A DNA stretch of 64,000 nt from Pseudolabrys sp. (GTDB taxonomy: Bacteria; Pseudomonadota; Alphaproteobacteria; Rhizobiales; Xanthobacteraceae): contig JADGGK010000002.1 in assembly GCA_019689975.1 (NCBI GenBank), positions 38,114-102,113 of the forward strand. Direction: 5' to 3'. Of this stretch, positions 19,975 to 30,830 are shown piece by piece. The notes beneath the pieces were generated by a model. The model worked only from the letters and a program-made list of their open reading frames with translations. It was not told the DNA's origin and made no database searches. The translations under genes were made by a program, and so were the position numbers. The stretch's first letter is position 1. Every line of letters starts with the position of its first letter.

Positions 19975-20152
19975 GCGGACCGTCGCCGCGCAATGCCTGG
20001 CGGCGATCGCTCGGCTTCTTCGTGAGCGCCGGTGACGGCCACGCGGATGTGATCCAAATCCGCGGCGGACGGTCGCGGGCGACTGGAGATCAACCGAAAA
20101 ACCGACATAATCACCGGTGATGGCGCTTCCGGGCGTGCTTCCCGTGGAGTTC

Positions 20153-22048
20153 ATGCGCATGAGATTGACCCGCCGGCGCGTGATCGGCACCGCCGCTGCG
20201 ACGCTTACGGCGCCAGTTTTCGACGCGCTTGGCGTCGTCGGACTCGCTCGCCCGGCGCGGGCTGAGAGTCCGGTATGGAAACATGGTCTCTCGTTGTTCG
20301 GCGAGCCGCGCTATCCGCCGGATTTTCCCCATTTCGATTACGTCAATCCGGCGGCGCCGCAAGGCGGCACGGTGCGGATGATCGCCTTCGGCACCTTCGA
20401 CAATTTCAACCAGGTCGTTGCGGGCGTGAAGGGCAGCCTGGCGAACGGCCTCGACCTGGTGATCGAGACGCTGATGACCCCGGCTCTCGACGAGGTCTCC
20501 ACCGAATACGGGCTGCTCGCGGAAGCGGTGCGTTTTCCGGACGACCGCGCATGGGTTACCTATCGTCTGCGCGCGGAGGCGCGCTGGCATGACGGCCGGC
20601 CGGTGACGGTTGAGGATGCGATCTACTCATTCAACGTCTGGAAGCAGAACAGCCCGCAGCTTGCCGCTTATTATCGCCATGTGGTGAAAGCGGAGCGGAC
20701 CGGGGAGCGTGACGTCACTTTCGTCTTCGACAAGGGCGGCAATCGCGAACTGCCGCAGATCGTCGGTCAACTCCCGGTCCTGCCCAAACATTGGTGGGAG
20801 GGGACCGACAAGAACGGCCGCAAGCGCGACGTGACGCAAACCACGCTGGAGCCGCCGCTCGGCTCCGGCCCTTATCGTCTGAAGGAGTTCGCGCCGGGAC
20901 GGACCGTCGTCTATGAAAAAGTGGCCGACTATTGGGGCAAACGTCTCAATGTGAATATCGGCACCAATAATTTTGCCCAGATCCGCTACGAATATTTTCG
21001 CGACTCCACCGTCGCGCTCGAAGCCTTCAAGGGTGATCAAGTGGATTGGCGCATCGAGAACAGCGCCAAGAACTGGGCGACTTCCTACGATTTTCCCGCC
21101 GTGCGCGAAAAGAAGGTGGTGTTGGAGGAATTTCCGATCCGCAACTACGGCGTGATGCAGGCTTTCGCCTTCAACATCCGTCGCGACAAGTTCAAGGATC
21201 CGCGCGTGCGGCGCGCCTTCAACTTTGCCTTCGATTTCGAAGAGATGAACAAGCAGCTCTTTTTCGGCCAGTACACGCGCATCAAGAGCTATTTCGAGGG
21301 CACCGAGCTGGCCTGTGCGGGCGTGCCACAGGGACAGGAGCTCGAAATTCTCGAGACCGTCAAGGACAAGGTGCCGGCGCGCCTGTTCACCGAACCCTAC
21401 AGCAACCCGGTCGGCGGCACGCCGGAAAACGTACGCAACAATCTGCGCCACGCGCTCGCGCTGTTCCGCGAGGCCGGGTACGAGATCAGGGACACGAAGC
21501 TTGTGAATGCACGGACCGGCGAGCCGTTCACGGTCGAGTTCCTGGTGGAGGATCCGGCAACCGAGCGCTTCGTGCTGTTCTATCGTCCTTCGCTACAGCG
21601 AATCGGCATGACCGTGACCGTGCGCATGGTCGACAGCGCGCAATACGAGAACAGGTTGCGGCAGTGGGATTTCGACATCATCACCGCCAACTGGGGAGAA
21701 TCCTTGTCCCCGGGCAACGAGCAGCGCGGCTATTGGGGCTCCGCCGCGGCCGATCAGCCGGGCTCGCGCAATCTCATCGGCATCAAGAATCCGGCGGTCG
21801 ACGCCATGATCGACCGCGTCATCTATGCCAAGGATCGTGCCGAGCTGGTGGCGGCCACGCATGCGCTCGACCGGGTCCTGTTGTGGAATTTCTATGTCGT
21901 CCCGCAATGGACCTACGGAAAGGTGCGAACGGCCCGCTGGGATCGCTTCGGGCGGCCGGAGGTGATGCCGAAATACGGCACGTCGGCATTTCCCGCGATC
22001 TGGTGGTGGGATGCCGACAAGGCGGCCAAGCTGCCGCAGCGGTCGTGA
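20153..22048 (+). CDS. yejA: ABC transporter substrate-binding protein, YejA (family 5 peptide SBP) type, copy 1
   Basis: Tat-like signal MRMRLTRRRVIGTAAATL. About 630 aa with family-5 SBP architecture, upstream of yejB/E/F. Confidence 0.85.
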   Translation: MRMRLTRRRVIGTAAATLTAPVFDALGVVGLARPARAESPVWKHGLSLFGEPRYPPDFPHFDYVNPAAPQGGTVRMIAFGTFDNFNQVVAGVKGSLANGLDLVIETLMTPALDEVSTEYGLLAEAVRFPDDRAWVTYRLRAEARWHDGRPVTVEDAIYSFNVWKQNSPQLAAYYRHVVKAERTGERDVTFVFDKGGNRELPQIVGQLPVLPKHWWEGTDKNGRKRDVTQTTLEPPLGSGPYRLKEFAPGRTVVYEKVADYWGKRLNVNIGTNNFAQIRYEYFRDSTVALEAFKGDQVDWRIENSAKNWATSYDFPAVREKKVVLEEFPIRNYGVMQAFAFNIRRDKFKDPRVRRAFNFAFDFEEMNKQLFFGQYTRIKSYFEGTELACAGVPQGQELEILETVKDKVPARLFTEPYSNPVGGTPENVRNNLRHALALFREAGYEIRDTKLVNARTGEPFTVEFLVEDPATERFVLFYRPSLQRIGMTVTVRMVDSAQYENRLRQWDFDIITANWGESLSPGNEQRGYWGSAAADQPGSRNLIGIKNPAVDAMIDRVIYAKDRAELVAATHALDRVLLWNFYVVPQWTYGKVRTARWDRFGRPEVMPKYGTSAFPAIWWWDADKAAKLPQRS

Positions 22049-22052
22049 CGGC

Positions 22053-23915
22053 ATGACTCTCAATCGCCGCCATGCCTTGGGGCTTCTCGCCGGCGCGGTC
22101 GCCACGGGCATGAGCCGCGGTGCCGCGGGCGCGACGGTGCAAGGCGTCGAGCGACACGGAATCTCGGCCTTCGGCGATCTTGCCTATCCGGTGGGCTTTC
22201 GCCATTTCCGTTACGTCAATCCGGACGCGCCGAAGGGCGGGTTCTATTCCGAGATCGTGAGCAGCCGCGGCTACAACGGCTCTTTTCTCACCTTCAACTC
22301 GCTCAATGGTTATATCCTCAAGGGCGAAGGTGCCTTCGGTATGGAACTGACCTTCGCCACGCTGATGACGCCCTCCGGTGACGAGCCCGACGCGATGTAC
22401 GGGCTGGCCGCGCGCGCAGTCCGCATTTCCGACGACGGACTGGTCTATGAGTTCTTGCTGCGTCCGGAGGCCAGGTTTCACGACGGCAACCCGCTCACCG
22501 CGCATGACGTCGTCTGGTCGTTGACAACGCTGAAGGACAAGGGCCACCCCATCATCAGCCAGATGCTCCGCGACATGGCCGAGGCGGCGGTCGGCGACGA
22601 GCACACCGTGACGGTGCGGTTCAAACCGAAACGTGCGCGCGACGTCCCGCTCTTCGTTGCCGGCCTGCCGATCTTCTCGCGCGCCTATTACGCGAAGCGA
22701 CCGTTCGACGAGTCTACGCTCGATATCCCGTTAGGTAGCGGCGCCTACAAAGTGAGCAAGTTCGAGGTGGGACGCTTCATCGAATTCGAGCGCGTCAAGG
22801 ATTGGTGGGGTGCCGATCTGCCGGTAACGCGCGGTCAGAACAATTTCGACGTGATCCGATACGAATATTACCGCGATCGCGACGTCGGGTTCGAGGGATT
22901 CACCGCCGGTAACTACCTGTTTCGCGAGGAGTTCACCTCGCGCACATGGGCAACCCGCTACGATTTCCCGGCCTTCAAGGAGGGTCGCGTCAAGCGGCGC
23001 GTGATCCCCGACGAAACGCCTTCCGGCGCGCAAGGTTGGTTCATCAACACGCGGCGACCGCAGTTTCGCGACCGGCGCGTGCGCGAAGCGCTGATAGACG
23101 CATTCGATTTCGAATGGACCAACAAGAATCTCATGTACGGTTCGTACCAGCGCACGCAGTCGATATTCGAAAATTCGCCGATGAAGGCGGTCGGCAGGCC
23201 GGATGCGGCGGAACTCGCGCTGCTCGAACCGTTCCGCGGCAAGGTTCCGGACGAAGTGTTCGGGGAGCCTTACGTCCCGCCGGTGACCGACGGATCGGGA
23301 CACGATCGGCGGTGGCTGCTGCGCGCGTCGCAACTGCTTGACGAAGCCGGCGTCGGGCTGAAAAGCGGCCGCCGCGTGCTTGCGGATGGCACGCCTTTGT
23401 CGATCGAATTCCTGATCGATGAGCCGACGTTCAAGCCGCACCATCTCACATATATCAAGAACCTCGCGGTGATCGGCATCGCGGCCACGCTGCGCATCGT
23501 CGATCCAGTGCAGTACCGCGCCCGCGTTGACGAGTTCGACTTCGACATCACTGTCGAGCGCATGAGCTTCTCATCGACGCCGGGCGACTCGCTGCGTGCT
23601 TATTTCTCCTCCGCGGCGGCGGCGACCAAGGGCAGCTACAATCTTGCCGGGATTGCCGATCCGGCGATCGACGCGTTGATCGAGGCCGCCATTGCGGCGC
23701 GCACGCGCCCCGAGCTGATCGCGGCCTGCCGCGCGCTCGATCGCGTATTCCGTGCCGGCCGTTATTGGATCCCGCACTGGTACAAGGCCTCGCACTGGAT
23801 CGCCTACTGGGACGTTTTCGGCTTTCCCGACGCGCAGCCGCGCTATTTCCGCGGCATTCCCGCGACCTGGTGGTTTGACCCCGCCAAGGCGGGAACATTG
23901 GAACGGAAAGGCTAA
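22053..23915 (+). CDS. yejA: ABC transporter substrate-binding protein, YejA type, copy 2
   Basis: [19 protein letters not shown] signal. Clearly paralogous to copy 1 along its length (e.g. [15 protein letters not shown] vs WHDGRPVTVEDAIYS; WWFDPAKA vs WWWDADKA). Starts 4 nt after the copy 1 stop. Confidence 0.85.
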   Translation: MTLNRRHALGLLAGAVATGMSRGAAGATVQGVERHGISAFGDLAYPVGFRHFRYVNPDAPKGGFYSEIVSSRGYNGSFLTFNSLNGYILKGEGAFGMELTFATLMTPSGDEPDAMYGLAARAVRISDDGLVYEFLLRPEARFHDGNPLTAHDVVWSLTTLKDKGHPIISQMLRDMAEAAVGDEHTVTVRFKPKRARDVPLFVAGLPIFSRAYYAKRPFDESTLDIPLGSGAYKVSKFEVGRFIEFERVKDWWGADLPVTRGQNNFDVIRYEYYRDRDVGFEGFTAGNYLFREEFTSRTWATRYDFPAFKEGRVKRRVIPDETPSGAQGWFINTRRPQFRDRRVREALIDAFDFEWTNKNLMYGSYQRTQSIFENSPMKAVGRPDAAELALLEPFRGKVPDEVFGEPYVPPVTDGSGHDRRWLLRASQLLDEAGVGLKSGRRVLADGTPLSIEFLIDEPTFKPHHLTYIKNLAVIGIAATLRIVDPVQYRARVDEFDFDITVERMSFSSTPGDSLRAYFSSAAAATKGSYNLAGIADPAIDALIEAAIAARTRPELIAACRALDRVFRAGRYWIPHWYKASHWIAYWDVFGFPDAQPRYFRGIPATWWFDPAKAGTLERKG

Positions 23916-24045
23916 TGCCGGCCCGCTCTGGCCGCGTCGGGACGCTGCGGGGAGGGACTGTCGTGCTGCGGGGTCGGCCGCGGAGACGTTCGCAACGCGC
24001 ATTTGTCGCTATCCTCGCCCGCGGGAATGGCCTAGTGAGGGAGTC

Positions 24046-25158
24046 ATGACGGCCTATATCGTCCGCCGCCTGCTGCTGATGATCCCGACCATGTTCGGCA
24101 TCATGCTGGTCGCCTTCGTGGTGGTGCAATTCGCGCCCGGCGGCCCGGTCGAGCAGGTGATCGCGCGTCTCACCGGAGCGGACACCGGCGCAACCTCGCG
24201 CATTTCCGGCGCCCCCGGCGATTTTGCCAGCCGCGCCGTGATCCAGGGCGGCGCGCAGGTCGATTCCGTCAGCTCGAAATACCGGGGCGCGCAGGGGCTC
24301 GATCCCGAGTTCATAAAGAAGCTGGAAAAGCAGTTCGGCTTCGACAAGCCGGCCTACGAGCGCTTCTTCCTCATGCTGTGGAACTATATCCGGTTTGATT
24401 TTGGGAAGAGCTATTTCCGCGACATCAGCGTGCTGCAGCTCATCGAGGAAAAGCTGCCGGTGTCGATGTCGCTCGGCATCTCGATGACGCTTTTGACCTA
24501 TCTGATCTCGATTCCGCTCGGCATCCGCAAGGCGATCGACGACGGCTCGCGCTTCGATGTATGGAGCTCGACCGTGATCGTGATCGGTTACGCCATCCCT
24601 GGGTTTCTGTTCGCGATTCTGCTGATCATCCTGTTTGCGGGCGGATCCTTCTTTTCCTGGTTTCCGTTGCGCGGCCTCGTCTCGGAGAATTGGGCGCTAC
24701 TTCCCTGGTGGCAGAAGCCGCTCGATTTTCTTTGGCACCTGACGTTGCCGCTGATCTCGATGTCGCTGTCCGCTTTCGCCACCATGACGCTGCTCACGAA
24801 GAATTCTTTCTTGGAGGAAATTCGCAAGCAATATGTGCTGACGGCCCGTGCCAAGGGGTGCACGCGCAACCAAGTGCTCTACGGTCATGTGTTCCGCAAC
24901 GCCATGCTGATCGTCATCGCGGGCTTTCCGGGGGCGTTCGTGCACGCCTTCTTCACCGGCTCGCTGCTCATCGAGACCATTTTCTCGCTCGACGGTTTGG
25001 GCCTGCTCGGTTTCGAGAGCGTTCTCCACCGCGACTACCCCGTGGTGTTCGCGACGCTCTACATCTTTTCGCTGATCGGCGTGGTCGTGAACCTGATCTC
25101 CGACCTGACCTATACCTGGGTCGATCCGCGCATCGACTTCGAGACGCGGGAGGTCTGA
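24046..25158 (+). CDS. yejB: Microcin C-type peptide ABC transporter permease YejB
   Basis: [37 protein letters not shown] ... [12 protein letters not shown] ... VDPRIDFE closely parallels E. coli YejB as I recall it. The upstream part of the track ORF is junk. Confidence 0.92.
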   Translation: MTAYIVRRLLLMIPTMFGIMLVAFVVVQFAPGGPVEQVIARLTGADTGATSRISGAPGDFASRAVIQGGAQVDSVSSKYRGAQGLDPEFIKKLEKQFGFDKPAYERFFLMLWNYIRFDFGKSYFRDISVLQLIEEKLPVSMSLGISMTLLTYLISIPLGIRKAIDDGSRFDVWSSTVIVIGYAIPGFLFAILLIILFAGGSFFSWFPLRGLVSENWALLPWWQKPLDFLWHLTLPLISMSLSAFATMTLLTKNSFLEEIRKQYVLTARAKGCTRNQVLYGHVFRNAMLIVIAGFPGAFVHAFFTGSLLIETIFSLDGLGLLGFESVLHRDYPVVFATLYIFSLIGVVVNLISDLTYTWVDPRIDFETREV

Positions 25159-26348
25159 TGGACGCCCGTACCGGCATAAAATCACCGGACACCACCGCGA
25201 TCGGCGTGGGCGGGCTCGCCGTGCCGCCCCGTCGACAATGGATCGCGGTTTCACCGCTCAATCGCCGCCGCTGGGAGAACTTCAAGGCCAATCGCCGCGG
25301 CTACTGGTCGCTTTGGATCTTCCTGGCGCTGTTCGTGATCTCTCTGTTCGCCGAATTCATCGCCAACGACAGGCCCATTTTCATTGCCGTGAACGGCCAT
25401 TACTATTTTCCCGCGGTGGTGACCTATCCCGACACCGCGTTCGCCAAAGAGCCCGATCCGAACCTGTTCGGCACGCCCGCCGACTACAAGGACGAATATC
25501 TGATAGGCCTGATCAAAAAGGAGGGCGGCACGGTGATCTGGCCGCCGATCCGCTACTCCTACGACACGCAGGTGAGCAATCCGCCGTCGCCGTTCCCGTC
25601 CAAGCCGACGTGGCTGCTGACCGAGAAGGATTGCGAATTTGCCGCCGCGCACGGATTCGGCAAGTGCAGCGAGCTCGAATACAACTGGCTCGGCACCGAC
25701 GACGGCGGCCGCGACGTGCTGGCGCGGTTGATCTACGGATTCCGTATTTCCGTTCTGTTCGGCCTTTGTCTGACCATCGTTTCTTCAATGGTCGGGGTCG
25801 CCGCCGGCGCCGTGCAGGGTTATTTCGGCGGCTGGATCGACCTGCTGTTTCAGCGGTTCATCGAAATCTGGACGTCGGTGCCCTCGCTCTACCTGTTGCT
25901 GATCATTTCGTCGGTCCTCGTGCCCGGCTTCTTCGTGCTGCTCGGGATCCTGTTACTGTTCTCCTGGGTGTCGCTGGTCGGGCTCGTGCGCGCCGAGTTT
26001 CTGCGCGGACGCAATTTCGAATACATCCTGGCCGCGCGTGCGCTCGGCGTATCCAACCCGGTGATCATCTTTCGCCACCTGCTGCCGAACGCCATGGTGG
26101 CAACCTTGACATTCCTCCCCTTCATCCTGTCGTCATCGGTGATGACCCTGACCGCGCTCGATTTCCTCGGCTTCGGCCTGCCGCCCGGATCCCCGTCGCT
26201 CGGCGAGTTGCTGTCGCAGGGCAAGGCCAACGTGCAGGCGCCGTGGCTCGGCCTCACCGGCTTCTTCTCCATCGCCATCATGCTCTCGCTCCTGATCTTC
26301 ATCGGCGAGGCGGTGCGCGACGCCTTCGACCCCCGGAAGACGTTCTGA
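25158..26348 (+). CDS. yejE: Peptide ABC transporter permease YejE
   Basis: Met 200 of ORF 24561..26348 (MDARTGIK...). ATGA overlap with the yejB stop. BPD-transporter permease with WLGTDDGGRDVLARLIYGFR. Confidence 0.9.
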   Translation: MDARTGIKSPDTTAIGVGGLAVPPRRQWIAVSPLNRRRWENFKANRRGYWSLWIFLALFVISLFAEFIANDRPIFIAVNGHYYFPAVVTYPDTAFAKEPDPNLFGTPADYKDEYLIGLIKKEGGTVIWPPIRYSYDTQVSNPPSPFPSKPTWLLTEKDCEFAAAHGFGKCSELEYNWLGTDDGGRDVLARLIYGFRISVLFGLCLTIVSSMVGVAAGAVQGYFGGWIDLLFQRFIEIWTSVPSLYLLLIISSVLVPGFFVLLGILLLFSWVSLVGLVRAEFLRGRNFEYILAARALGVSNPVIIFRHLLPNAMVATLTFLPFILSSSVMTLTALDFLGFGLPPGSPSLGELLSQGKANVQAPWLGLTGFFSIAIMLSLLIFIGEAVRDAFDPRKTF

Positions 26349-27979
26349 TGAGCGATACGCCTCTCCTCTCGGTTCGTGATCTGTCGGTCGCTTTCGGCAC
26401 CGGCGAACGGATGGTGCTCGCGGTCGACCGTATCTCCTTCGACATCGGCCGAGGCGAAACGGTGGCGTTGGTCGGCGAAAGCGGCTCGGGCAAATCGGTG
26501 ACAGCGCTGTCGATGATGAAGCTGCTTCCTTACCCACCGGCGCATCATCCCTCAGGGTCGATCACCTTCAAGGGCCGTGAACTGGTGACCATGACGGAAC
26601 GCGAGATCCGCGCGATCCGCGGCAACGACATGGCGATCATCTTCCAGGAGCCGATGACCTCGCTCAACCCGCTGCACACGATCGAGAAGCAGATCGGCGA
26701 GATCCTCCTGCTGCACCAGGGAATGACCGGAGAGGCCGCGCGCCGGCGCATCATCGATCTGTTGGCGCAGGTCGGCATCCGCGATCCCGAGGCGCGCCTC
26801 CACAGTTACCCGCACCAGCTGTCCGGTGGGCAGCGCCAGCGCGTGATGATTGCCATGGCGCTGGCCAATGCACCGGATCTTCTCATCGCCGACGAGCCGA
26901 CGACGGCGCTCGACGTCACGGTCCAAGCGCAAATCCTCAAGCTGCTCAAGGACACGCAGGCGCGGCTCGGCATGTCGATGTTGTTCATTACCCACGATCT
27001 CGGCATCGTGCGCAGGCTCGCCGACAAGGTGTGCGTGATGCAAAAGGGCCGCATCGTCGAGCAGGGGCCGGTTGAGCGCATTTTCACGACGCCGCAGCAC
27101 GCCTATACCCGCGCCCTGCTCGCCGCCGAGCCCAAACCTGATCCGGCGCCGCCGCGGCCGCAGGCGCCCGTGGTGGTCCAAACCGACAATCTCAAGGTCT
27201 GGTTTCCCGTGAAGCGCGGCCTGCTCCGCAAGGTCGTCGGTCACATCCGCGCCGTGGACGGCATCAGCATCACGGTGCGCAAAGGCGAGACGCTCGGCGT
27301 GGTGGGCGAATCCGGCTCCGGCAAGACGACGCTCGGCCTTGCCATCCTGCGCCTGATCGCCTCCGACGGCCCCGTGGTCTTCATGGGCAAGCCGATCCAG
27401 GGGTTGCGCGTCGGGCAGATGCGGCCGTTTCGCCGCAACATGCAGATCGTGTTCCAGGATCCCTATGGATCATTGTCGCCCCGCATGTCCGTCGCCGACA
27501 TCATCGCCGAAGGCCTTTCGGTGCATCACCCTGCGCTCGACGCGCAGGAGCGCGAACGGCGCGTCATGGCGGCGCTCGGCGACGTCGGCCTCGATCCGGA
27601 AACCCGCTTCCGCTATCCGCACGAGTTCTCCGGCGGCCAACGCCAGCGCATCGCTCTTGCGCGCGCCTTGGTGCTCGAGCCGACTTTCATCGTGCTCGAC
27701 GAGCCGACCAGCGCACTCGACATGCTGATCCAGGCGCAGATGGTCGATCTTCTGCGCGAGCTGCAGAAGCGGCACGATCTCACCTATATGTTCATTTCCC
27801 ATGATCTGCGCGTGGTGGCTGCGCTGGCCAGTCGCGTCGTGGTGCTGCGCAACGGCAAGATGGTCGAAGAGGGACCCGCCGCAGACCTGTTCAAGGCGCC
27901 GAAGAGCGATTACACGCGCGCCCTGTTCGCCGCCTCGTTCGACCTGGAGGCCGCGCCGGAAGGCGTGGTGTCGCAATGA
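26348..27979 (+). CDS. yejF: Peptide ABC transporter ATP-binding protein YejF (two fused ATPase domains)
   Basis: Met 371 of ORF 25238..27979. Two Walker A sites ([16 protein letters not shown]), two signature motifs ([16 protein letters not shown]). ATGA overlap with the yejE stop. Confidence 0.93.
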   Translation: MSDTPLLSVRDLSVAFGTGERMVLAVDRISFDIGRGETVALVGESGSGKSVTALSMMKLLPYPPAHHPSGSITFKGRELVTMTEREIRAIRGNDMAIIFQEPMTSLNPLHTIEKQIGEILLLHQGMTGEAARRRIIDLLAQVGIRDPEARLHSYPHQLSGGQRQRVMIAMALANAPDLLIADEPTTALDVTVQAQILKLLKDTQARLGMSMLFITHDLGIVRRLADKVCVMQKGRIVEQGPVERIFTTPQHAYTRALLAAEPKPDPAPPRPQAPVVVQTDNLKVWFPVKRGLLRKVVGHIRAVDGISITVRKGETLGVVGESGSGKTTLGLAILRLIASDGPVVFMGKPIQGLRVGQMRPFRRNMQIVFQDPYGSLSPRMSVADIIAEGLSVHHPALDAQERERRVMAALGDVGLDPETRFRYPHEFSGGQRQRIALARALVLEPTFIVLDEPTSALDMLIQAQMVDLLRELQKRHDLTYMFISHDLRVVAALASRVVVLRNGKMVEEGPAADLFKAPKSDYTRALFAASFDLEAAPEGVVSQ

Positions 27980-28653
27980 GATATCTGCTTGCGATCATGG
28001 CCCTTTTCGCGCTTTCCGGCGCGATTGTCGCCGCCGAGGAGCTTAGCGCCGCGCAATACGCGATCAAGGACGGTGACGGCGACCCGGTGGCCAATTTCCG
28101 CTTGCGCCCCGAGGAGGCCGCGCGCATTGCCGCCCTGCGCGGCGTCATCCCGGTCGGCAATCTCAAGGGCGACGTGACGCTGCTGCAGTTCTACGACCTG
28201 AACTGCCCCTATTGCCGCGAAGCCGCCGTCGACATCGACGCGCTCGTGCGCGGCGACGCCGGACTCAAGCTCGTGTTCGTCCCTTATGCGGTGCTTTCGG
28301 TGCAGTCGGTCGAGGGTGCCATGGTCGAACTTGCCGTGGCCAGACTGTTGTCGCCGGACCGGTTCCTCGACTTCCACCGGCGCATCTATGCCGGCCGGGG
28401 CATCATCGACGCCGCGCGCGTGATGGCGGCGGCAAAGGACATGGGGCTCGGCGAGGACAAGGTCGCCGCCATCGCCCGCAGCGAGGCGACGCTGGACATC
28501 CTGCGCGAGAACGCCACCGTGGGCGGCCATGCCGGGCTGCGGGCGACGCCGGCCTATGTGATCGGCGGGGTCGCCGTTCTCGGTCATCCCGGGCTCGAGC
28601 CGCTCAGGCGCATCGTTGCCGCCATGCGCGCCTGCGGCCGGGTCGTGTGCTGA
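27976..28653 (+). CDS. Secreted DsbA-family thiol:disulfide oxidoreductase
   Basis: Signal peptide [21 protein letters not shown]; thioredoxin-fold active site FYDLNCPYCREA. The ATG overlaps the yejF TGA (ATGA at 27976-27979). Confidence 0.82.
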   Translation: MRYLLAIMALFALSGAIVAAEELSAAQYAIKDGDGDPVANFRLRPEEAARIAALRGVIPVGNLKGDVTLLQFYDLNCPYCREAAVDIDALVRGDAGLKLVFVPYAVLSVQSVEGAMVELAVARLLSPDRFLDFHRRIYAGRGIIDAARVMAAAKDMGLGEDKVAAIARSEATLDILRENATVGGHAGLRATPAYVIGGVAVLGHPGLEPLRRIVAAMRACGRVVC

Positions 28654-28656
28654 TCC

Positions 28657-29274
28657 ATGGCCGCGCATTTGCCCGCCGATGAGACCGCATGGGTCGAACT
28701 TTCGGCACCGGAACTGCTGGCGCGCGGTTTTCGCGATTATGAACGCTATCGCGTGACGATCGCATCCGCGGACGGGACGCCGGTCACGCAGCAGCGGGAT
28801 CTCATTCGCGGCGGCAGGGTCGCGGCTGTGCTGCCGATCGACCTTGTGCGCGACGAGATCGTGCTGATCCGGCAGTTTCGTCTCGCGGCGCATCTTGCGG
28901 GCGGCAGAGGCAATCTCGTCGAGATCGTGGCGGGCCGGATCGAGCCGGGCGAACGTCCGGAGGAGACGGCGTTGCGCGAATGCCGCGAGGAGATAGGCCT
29001 CGCGCCCATCCGCCTCGTCGCGCTGTTCAGCTATCTGACCACGCCCGGCCTCACCGACGAGGAGATCAGCGTCTTCCTCGCATCGGTCGACGCCGCGCAC
29101 CTGCCGCAACACACCGCGACCGGAGACGAGCACGTGACGGTGCTGCGCACGCCGATCGGCGCGGCGCTCGAGGCACTGGCGCGCGGCAGGCTGCGCAACG
29201 GCCCGCTTCTGGTCGCGCTGCAGTGGCTCGCGCTCAATCGGGCGCGGCTTCCCGATCTTCTGGGTTCGGCGTGA
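28657..29274 (+). CDS. Nudix hydrolase (ADP-ribose/nucleoside-diphosphate-sugar pyrophosphatase-like)
   Basis: Nudix box GRIEPGERPEETALRECREEIGL. 205 aa. Starts 4 nt after the dsbA-like stop. Confidence 0.85.
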   Translation: MAAHLPADETAWVELSAPELLARGFRDYERYRVTIASADGTPVTQQRDLIRGGRVAAVLPIDLVRDEIVLIRQFRLAAHLAGGRGNLVEIVAGRIEPGERPEETALRECREEIGLAPIRLVALFSYLTTPGLTDEEISVFLASVDAAHLPQHTATGDEHVTVLRTPIGAALEALARGRLRNGPLLVALQWLALNRARLPDLLGSA

Positions 29275-29369
29275 GGCGTGTCGACGCCCCGTGGCCAAGA
29301 CGAAAGCGCACGGACGCCGGCAGGAGGACGCAATCGCACGGCCGGTGCGAGGAAAACGCCGGCGCGGCG

Positions 29370-29957
29370 CTATGTGCAGGGATGGTCGGTGCCGTCGTTA
29401 TAGGTCGGGGCGGCAATGCGCGGGGCCATGAACATGTGATCGGAAAGCGTCAGCGTGCCGGTGACGGGCGAGCCGACGATCGGGGTATAGGTATAGGAGG
29501 CCTCGGCATAGAGAAGCTGCGTGTTCGGCTGCTGCAGATCGCTGGGTACCGTGATCGTCGGCGCGCGCGTCTCTCCCCGCAGCGCGGTCCACTTCACGGT
29601 CATGACCTTGTTGGCGTCGAAGGCGACGCACGAGAGCGACATGCGCAGCGGTCCGACCGAGTAGGGCGCGATGATCGCCGAGGAGGCGTCGAGGATGTTG
29701 GTCATCTCGGCGCTGCTGATCGTGTTGTTGACGCAATTGCTGCCCGTGTCGCAGGATGAGGCGAGGTTCGCCAGCGTCGCGGCGATCAGACTTACCTTGC
29801 GCTGCACCGCCACACCCTGGGAAATGTCGACGCAACCAAGATAGAGCGCGATCATCAGCGGCGCGACGAGCGCGAATTCGACCGCCGAGACGCCGCGGCG
29901 GTCGCGCGCGAGGCGCCGCGGCAGGCAGGACGAAAGGCGGGCGACGGCGCGCATCAT
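29370..29957 (-). CDS. TadE/TadG-family pseudopilin-like pilus assembly protein
   Basis: Met 234 of ORF 29370..30656. N-terminal RRGVSAVEFALVAPLMIALYL is the TadE-type prepilin-like motif. Confidence 0.8.
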   Translation of the reverse strand: MMRAVARLSSCLPRRLARDRRGVSAVEFALVAPLMIALYLGCVDISQGVAVQRKVSLIAATLANLASSCDTGSNCVNNTISSAEMTNILDASSAIIAPYSVGPLRMSLSCVAFDANKVMTVKWTALRGETRAPTITVPSDLQQPNTQLLYAEASYTYTPIVGSPVTGTLTLSDHMFMAPRIAAPTYNDGTDHPCT

Positions 29958-30544
29958 TGTCCGAAAGGCTCGTTGCGGAACACGGAGGTTGCCACCAGCA
30001 GGTGGCTGCTGCCGAGATTGGCAAGCTTGTCGAGCGCCGACACATAGATCGGCCACTGATAGTAGAGCTGCACCACGACGATGTCGCCTGGATTGCCCGG
30101 CTGGTAGGGCAGCTTGGTCTTGTCGATGTTGCCGTCCGACGTGAGCGGCGGCCCGCTGTCGGCGCCGTTGGCGGCGTTCTGGAAGCTGGAATAGGTCTTG
30201 ACGCTCACATAGACGCCGTTCACGCAGTCGAAGACGCTGCCCTGCAGATAAGGACAAATGATGTATGTCTTGTAGTCGTCGGCATTCTTGATGGTGGCGT
30301 TGCCCTGCACCTGGCCGGTCATGACCTGTCGTCCGGCTTCCGCCGCCGCCGCCTCGAGCGACTGACCGGCGAAGAACACGAGCGCGGTCTCGATGATCGC
30401 GAACATCAAGGCGAAGAACGGCAGCGCCACCAGGGCGAACTCGACGGCCGCCGCGCCCTCCTGCCGGCGTAGAAAACCGCCCGCGCGCGGCGCCGCCGCG
30501 TTCCGCGCGGACCCGGTCAAAATTCTCCGAACAGCGTCGAGCAT
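29954..30544 (-). CDS. TadE-like pseudopilin
   Basis: Met 195 of ORF 29954..31126. QEGAAAVEFALVALPFFALMFAIIE TadE motif. 4-nt overlap with the downstream tadE/G-like gene. Confidence 0.8.
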   Translation of the reverse strand: MLDAVRRILTGSARNAAAPRAGGFLRRQEGAAAVEFALVALPFFALMFAIIETALVFFAGQSLEAAAAEAGRQVMTGQVQGNATIKNADDYKTYIICPYLQGSVFDCVNGVYVSVKTYSSFQNAANGADSGPPLTSDGNIDKTKLPYQPGNPGDIVVVQLYYQWPIYVSALDKLANLGSSHLLVATSVFRNEPFGQ

Positions 30545-30830
30545 GACCCGCAGGCGCGATCGAACCAAGGATGGTTCGGGAATTGGCGCGAGTGATAACA
30601 AAGTCGCGTTGTCGAATGGTTGCGGGCGAGGCCGCGAAACCGCGCCATCGCGGCAAGCAACCATTAACGCTCGCCGGAATGGTCCGTCGCGGCGGGCGCA
30701 GAACGGGCCCGTCATGGCGAACCGGAGCTTAGCGAGGGCGAAGCAATCCAGAACCGTCGACGTGATTCTGTATTGCTTCCTCGCCCCGGCATGGCTCCTC
30801 GCAATGAAGGAGCCCGGGCGCGGAAAGCGA

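Noticed and set aside
25238-27979. 913-aa ORF that looks like a giant fusion protein. Similar cases: 24561..26348, 23752..25158, 29370..30656, 29954..31126, 50109..51572 and 58324..59565.
   Set aside because: The N-terminal portions are out-of-frame read-through of the upstream gene or spacer (Arg-rich junk). Recognisable homology begins at internal Met codons that coincide with ATGA overlaps or RBS-like sequences.
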